Below, piece after piece: positions 61,360-64,000 of a stretch of 64,000 nucleotides of DNA. This DNA comes from Iphione sp. A-MEVVRFRX5. Its lineage: Eukaryota. Where the stretch lies: NCBI GenBank assembly GCA_976226885.1, contig OZ320316.1, forward strand, positions 86,490,001 to 86,554,000. Reading direction: 5' to 3'. A program made the position numbers and the translations under genes. Below the pieces are notes generated by a model. That model saw only the letters and a program-made list of their open reading frames with translations. It had not been told where the DNA came from and searched no databases. Within the stretch, counting starts at the first letter, position 1. Every line of letters starts with the position of its first letter.

Positions 61360-64000
61360 TATTTCATAGTGCTCACTAGTGTCAATTAAGTTCATAGTAT
61401 AGTAGGTCCTACAACCCATGACAGCTGCGGCAGGTTTCCAGCCATTCGTTTGTGCATTGCATTTGTATTTGTGCCGCATCACAATCGGCCCCCACAACAC
61501 CTTTCCGTGCATGTTTACGTAGGGTGGTGACTTTCACTTGCATTAACGTGTTAAGTAAAGGTGTTGTGTGAAGGGGTTGCATGAAGATGTTTGGATGTAT
61601 TCCTGTATTAAATTTTCGAAATGTACATACAAAATTTAGGGAAATTGACCCAAATTTGCTGAAATTGTGCAGTCTTCGTGTGGAAATTGTGTATTTTATT
61701 TGTGGAAATTGTTTGCAATTTAGGCAAATATGTCGAAGTTGCACAGTTTTTATGTTAATGTTATGCAAATTAAGTAGATTTTTGACATATTTGTCTATCT
61801 CAATTTTGGCCCTAGGCCTCACTTCCATACCCATCTCATGTATTTGTATGCATTTGCCTGAAATTAAGAAGCATTGCTCAAACATGAACAATGCTTACTA
61901 ATGCAAAATTGCATTCATGCATAATGCAATACACATATTAGGACACTCGTATACATTATCATCTGGTTAAAACAGAATGCAAATGCAACGCACAAACACA
62001 TGAATGGAAACAAGCCATTAAACTGTAAATGGGAGGTTCAATTTTTGTACGGGTGGAACTCGTTTTAAAAAGTGATAACTCAAAGGATGATATTGATATT
62101 CAATTATTACTTCTTTATTTCTTGAGCTGGACACCAAGTATCATATGACGTATGAAAAGACTCAAGTTTTGTCACAAATTTCAGGATACTCTCTACCAGG
62201 TGAATTATGTCTTGATGCATTATGTCATCTCCTTGCTCCCCTCCTCTTCGACGTGTTTTTCATTACTCTACGGCTTACATCTTCAGATTGACTTTACGTC
62301 CCACACATGCAACGTGGAGATAGTCAATCGCATGAGCATATTATATTTGTACTCCTCATGAAAAAGAACCCGTTTATGCGTATTCCAGATTATATTAATC
62401 AGAAATGAAATTTGAGAAAACTTGAGTTGATATTGATGCAGGCCTTGATACAGGGTAAGTTCATGTATTAAATGCTACAAATAGTATTTCTTCGAACATA
62501 TTCCACCTGTTCATCAAAGCTGTACCTGAGATAATATGTCAGTACACGTGGCCCTAAAATTCCTCTAGGTTATCAGTCAAAGGCTTTAAAATGAATTCGC
62601 TCAAGTCCAGATGCTGGGTGAAGGAGTCTCCAGAGTGTCCAGTCTCCAAATCTACTCGGGAAGACAAAGGTTTTATTGCCGGCTCACGTCGTCCATAGAC
62701 CTCTCTTCAACATGAACGGGAAAAAGTCACTCATCACATGATGCACACGCCCTACTTATACTTCCCATGGGGACGTTGCCTGACCAGCACAACCCCACAA
62801 CAATAAAAGATATTGCATCACAACTGTAGTAAACACCTACCACGAGGTCTATACGTATTAGTTAAAGTCCGAGGATCAGCGACTACACGATATAATAATT
62901 TCTAGAGCACCTCTTGAGATTGGGATCACACACCTGACATGGGGATTTGAGGATCCTACTGCTGTTTCTATGTCTGCGCAGTAGTCGCCACTGCTCCGAA
63001 ATGAATGATTCGGCACTTGTAATTACGCAGATAACGTTAGTATTTCAGAAATTATTTGAAGGAAAGCGTGTTTATGGTTTTATCTACCGGATTAATATCT
63101 AGCTGATGGGCTCAAATTATGGTCATGTTTGGTCAACAGATTGCAATAGTCACTGAATTAATTTAAAAGAATTCATTATTTTGGAAGATGCTGATGAGAA
63201 AATTCTTTTTTTACCTTTACATTTCTTCATCTAAACGACATGGTACTAATTTTGTCTAGCACTCATTTTATATACAACCGTTAGGTGTAGATGTCGTTGA
63301 AATCTGAAAATGATTCAATTATTATGTTTTATCAAAGGTGTTGTGGAGCACTGAACATCTTCCAAATATATGTGATCTTATTTAGTACAAATAGTCAATA
63401 TGTAGCTGACGTTATCACAAGACATCTTTGGGGCAAGGTTAATGCAAGCCGTTATTTAAAACTGATAAATTCATCATCAATACTAAAGATTATTATAGCT
63501 TAAAACGCAACAAATTCGTTTTACCCTATCTACTGAACCTAAAGCCTGATTCAGCAAATACCTTCGGTTGCCTAGAGTTGCACATGTAAGTATTATTTAT
63601 ACAAAAAAGGCAAACCATATTCCATATATTTACGTCAGATCCAATATCGCTTATACCTTACATAGAAAATATAGGGAAAGTGTCATGAATATGGAAATTT
63701 ATGACATCACTGAACGAAATGTGCGTATTTAAACAACTGCGTGGGATTTTCGTTATCGATTAGAGAACAGCATTATTTTGATAGTGTCTACAATGAGTGG
63801 TAAATGAGAAAACATCGGTTTAGTATTAAAGGCTTACCGAGAGTTAAATCCTCTTTGATGGAAAGCAAATGATGATCGTCTCTCATTTTGCCTTTTGGTG
63901 ATAATTGATAAGTTGATATCAACAGGATGGTGTATGGTTAGACTAGGCAAGGGTCAAAGGTCGGTTTCCTTACATATGTTGCCATCCGTATGCGTTGTCA

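Overview
Eukaryotic animal genomic DNA: AT-rich background, spliceosomal GT-AG introns, one 141-N assembly gap. The host is probably a marine lophotrochozoan, inferred only from the protein style. I found no prokaryotic operon, CRISPR array, rRNA or tRNA. One protein-coding gene can be rebuilt by hand on the + strand, with seven coding exons whose splice phases all match (29155-29254, 48908-49213, 49759-50205, 52114-52263, 52778-52831, 56476-56560, 59849-60395; 1689 nt, 562 aa). It encodes a type I membrane protein: signal peptide, SUEL/Gal_Lectin-type domain, non-canonical CUB domain, Sushi/CCP-like domain, one transmembrane helix, and a tail with 9 tyrosines. The tail includes a consensus ITIM (VGYRPV), an ITSM-like TTYPSL and a YxxP (HIYESP). 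The rest is intergenic or intronic and rich in transposons. These include a decayed DIRS retrotransposon with RT, RNase H and adenine-methyltransferase remnants but no tyrosine recombinase, weaker DIRS-like relics, CR1/L2-type LINE fragments, three copies of a MITE with 5-bp target duplications, and Tc1/pogo-like and Kolobok-like MITEs. There is also a fold-back element, several tandem repeats and a perfect 61-bp-arm palindrome. The best candidates for novelty are the lectin-CUB-Sushi receptor with inhibitory-type tyrosine motifs, the palindrome, the recombinase-less DIRS and the 5-bp-TSD MITE family. Most short ORFs in the track are spurious. All calls come from manual reading; no database search was run.
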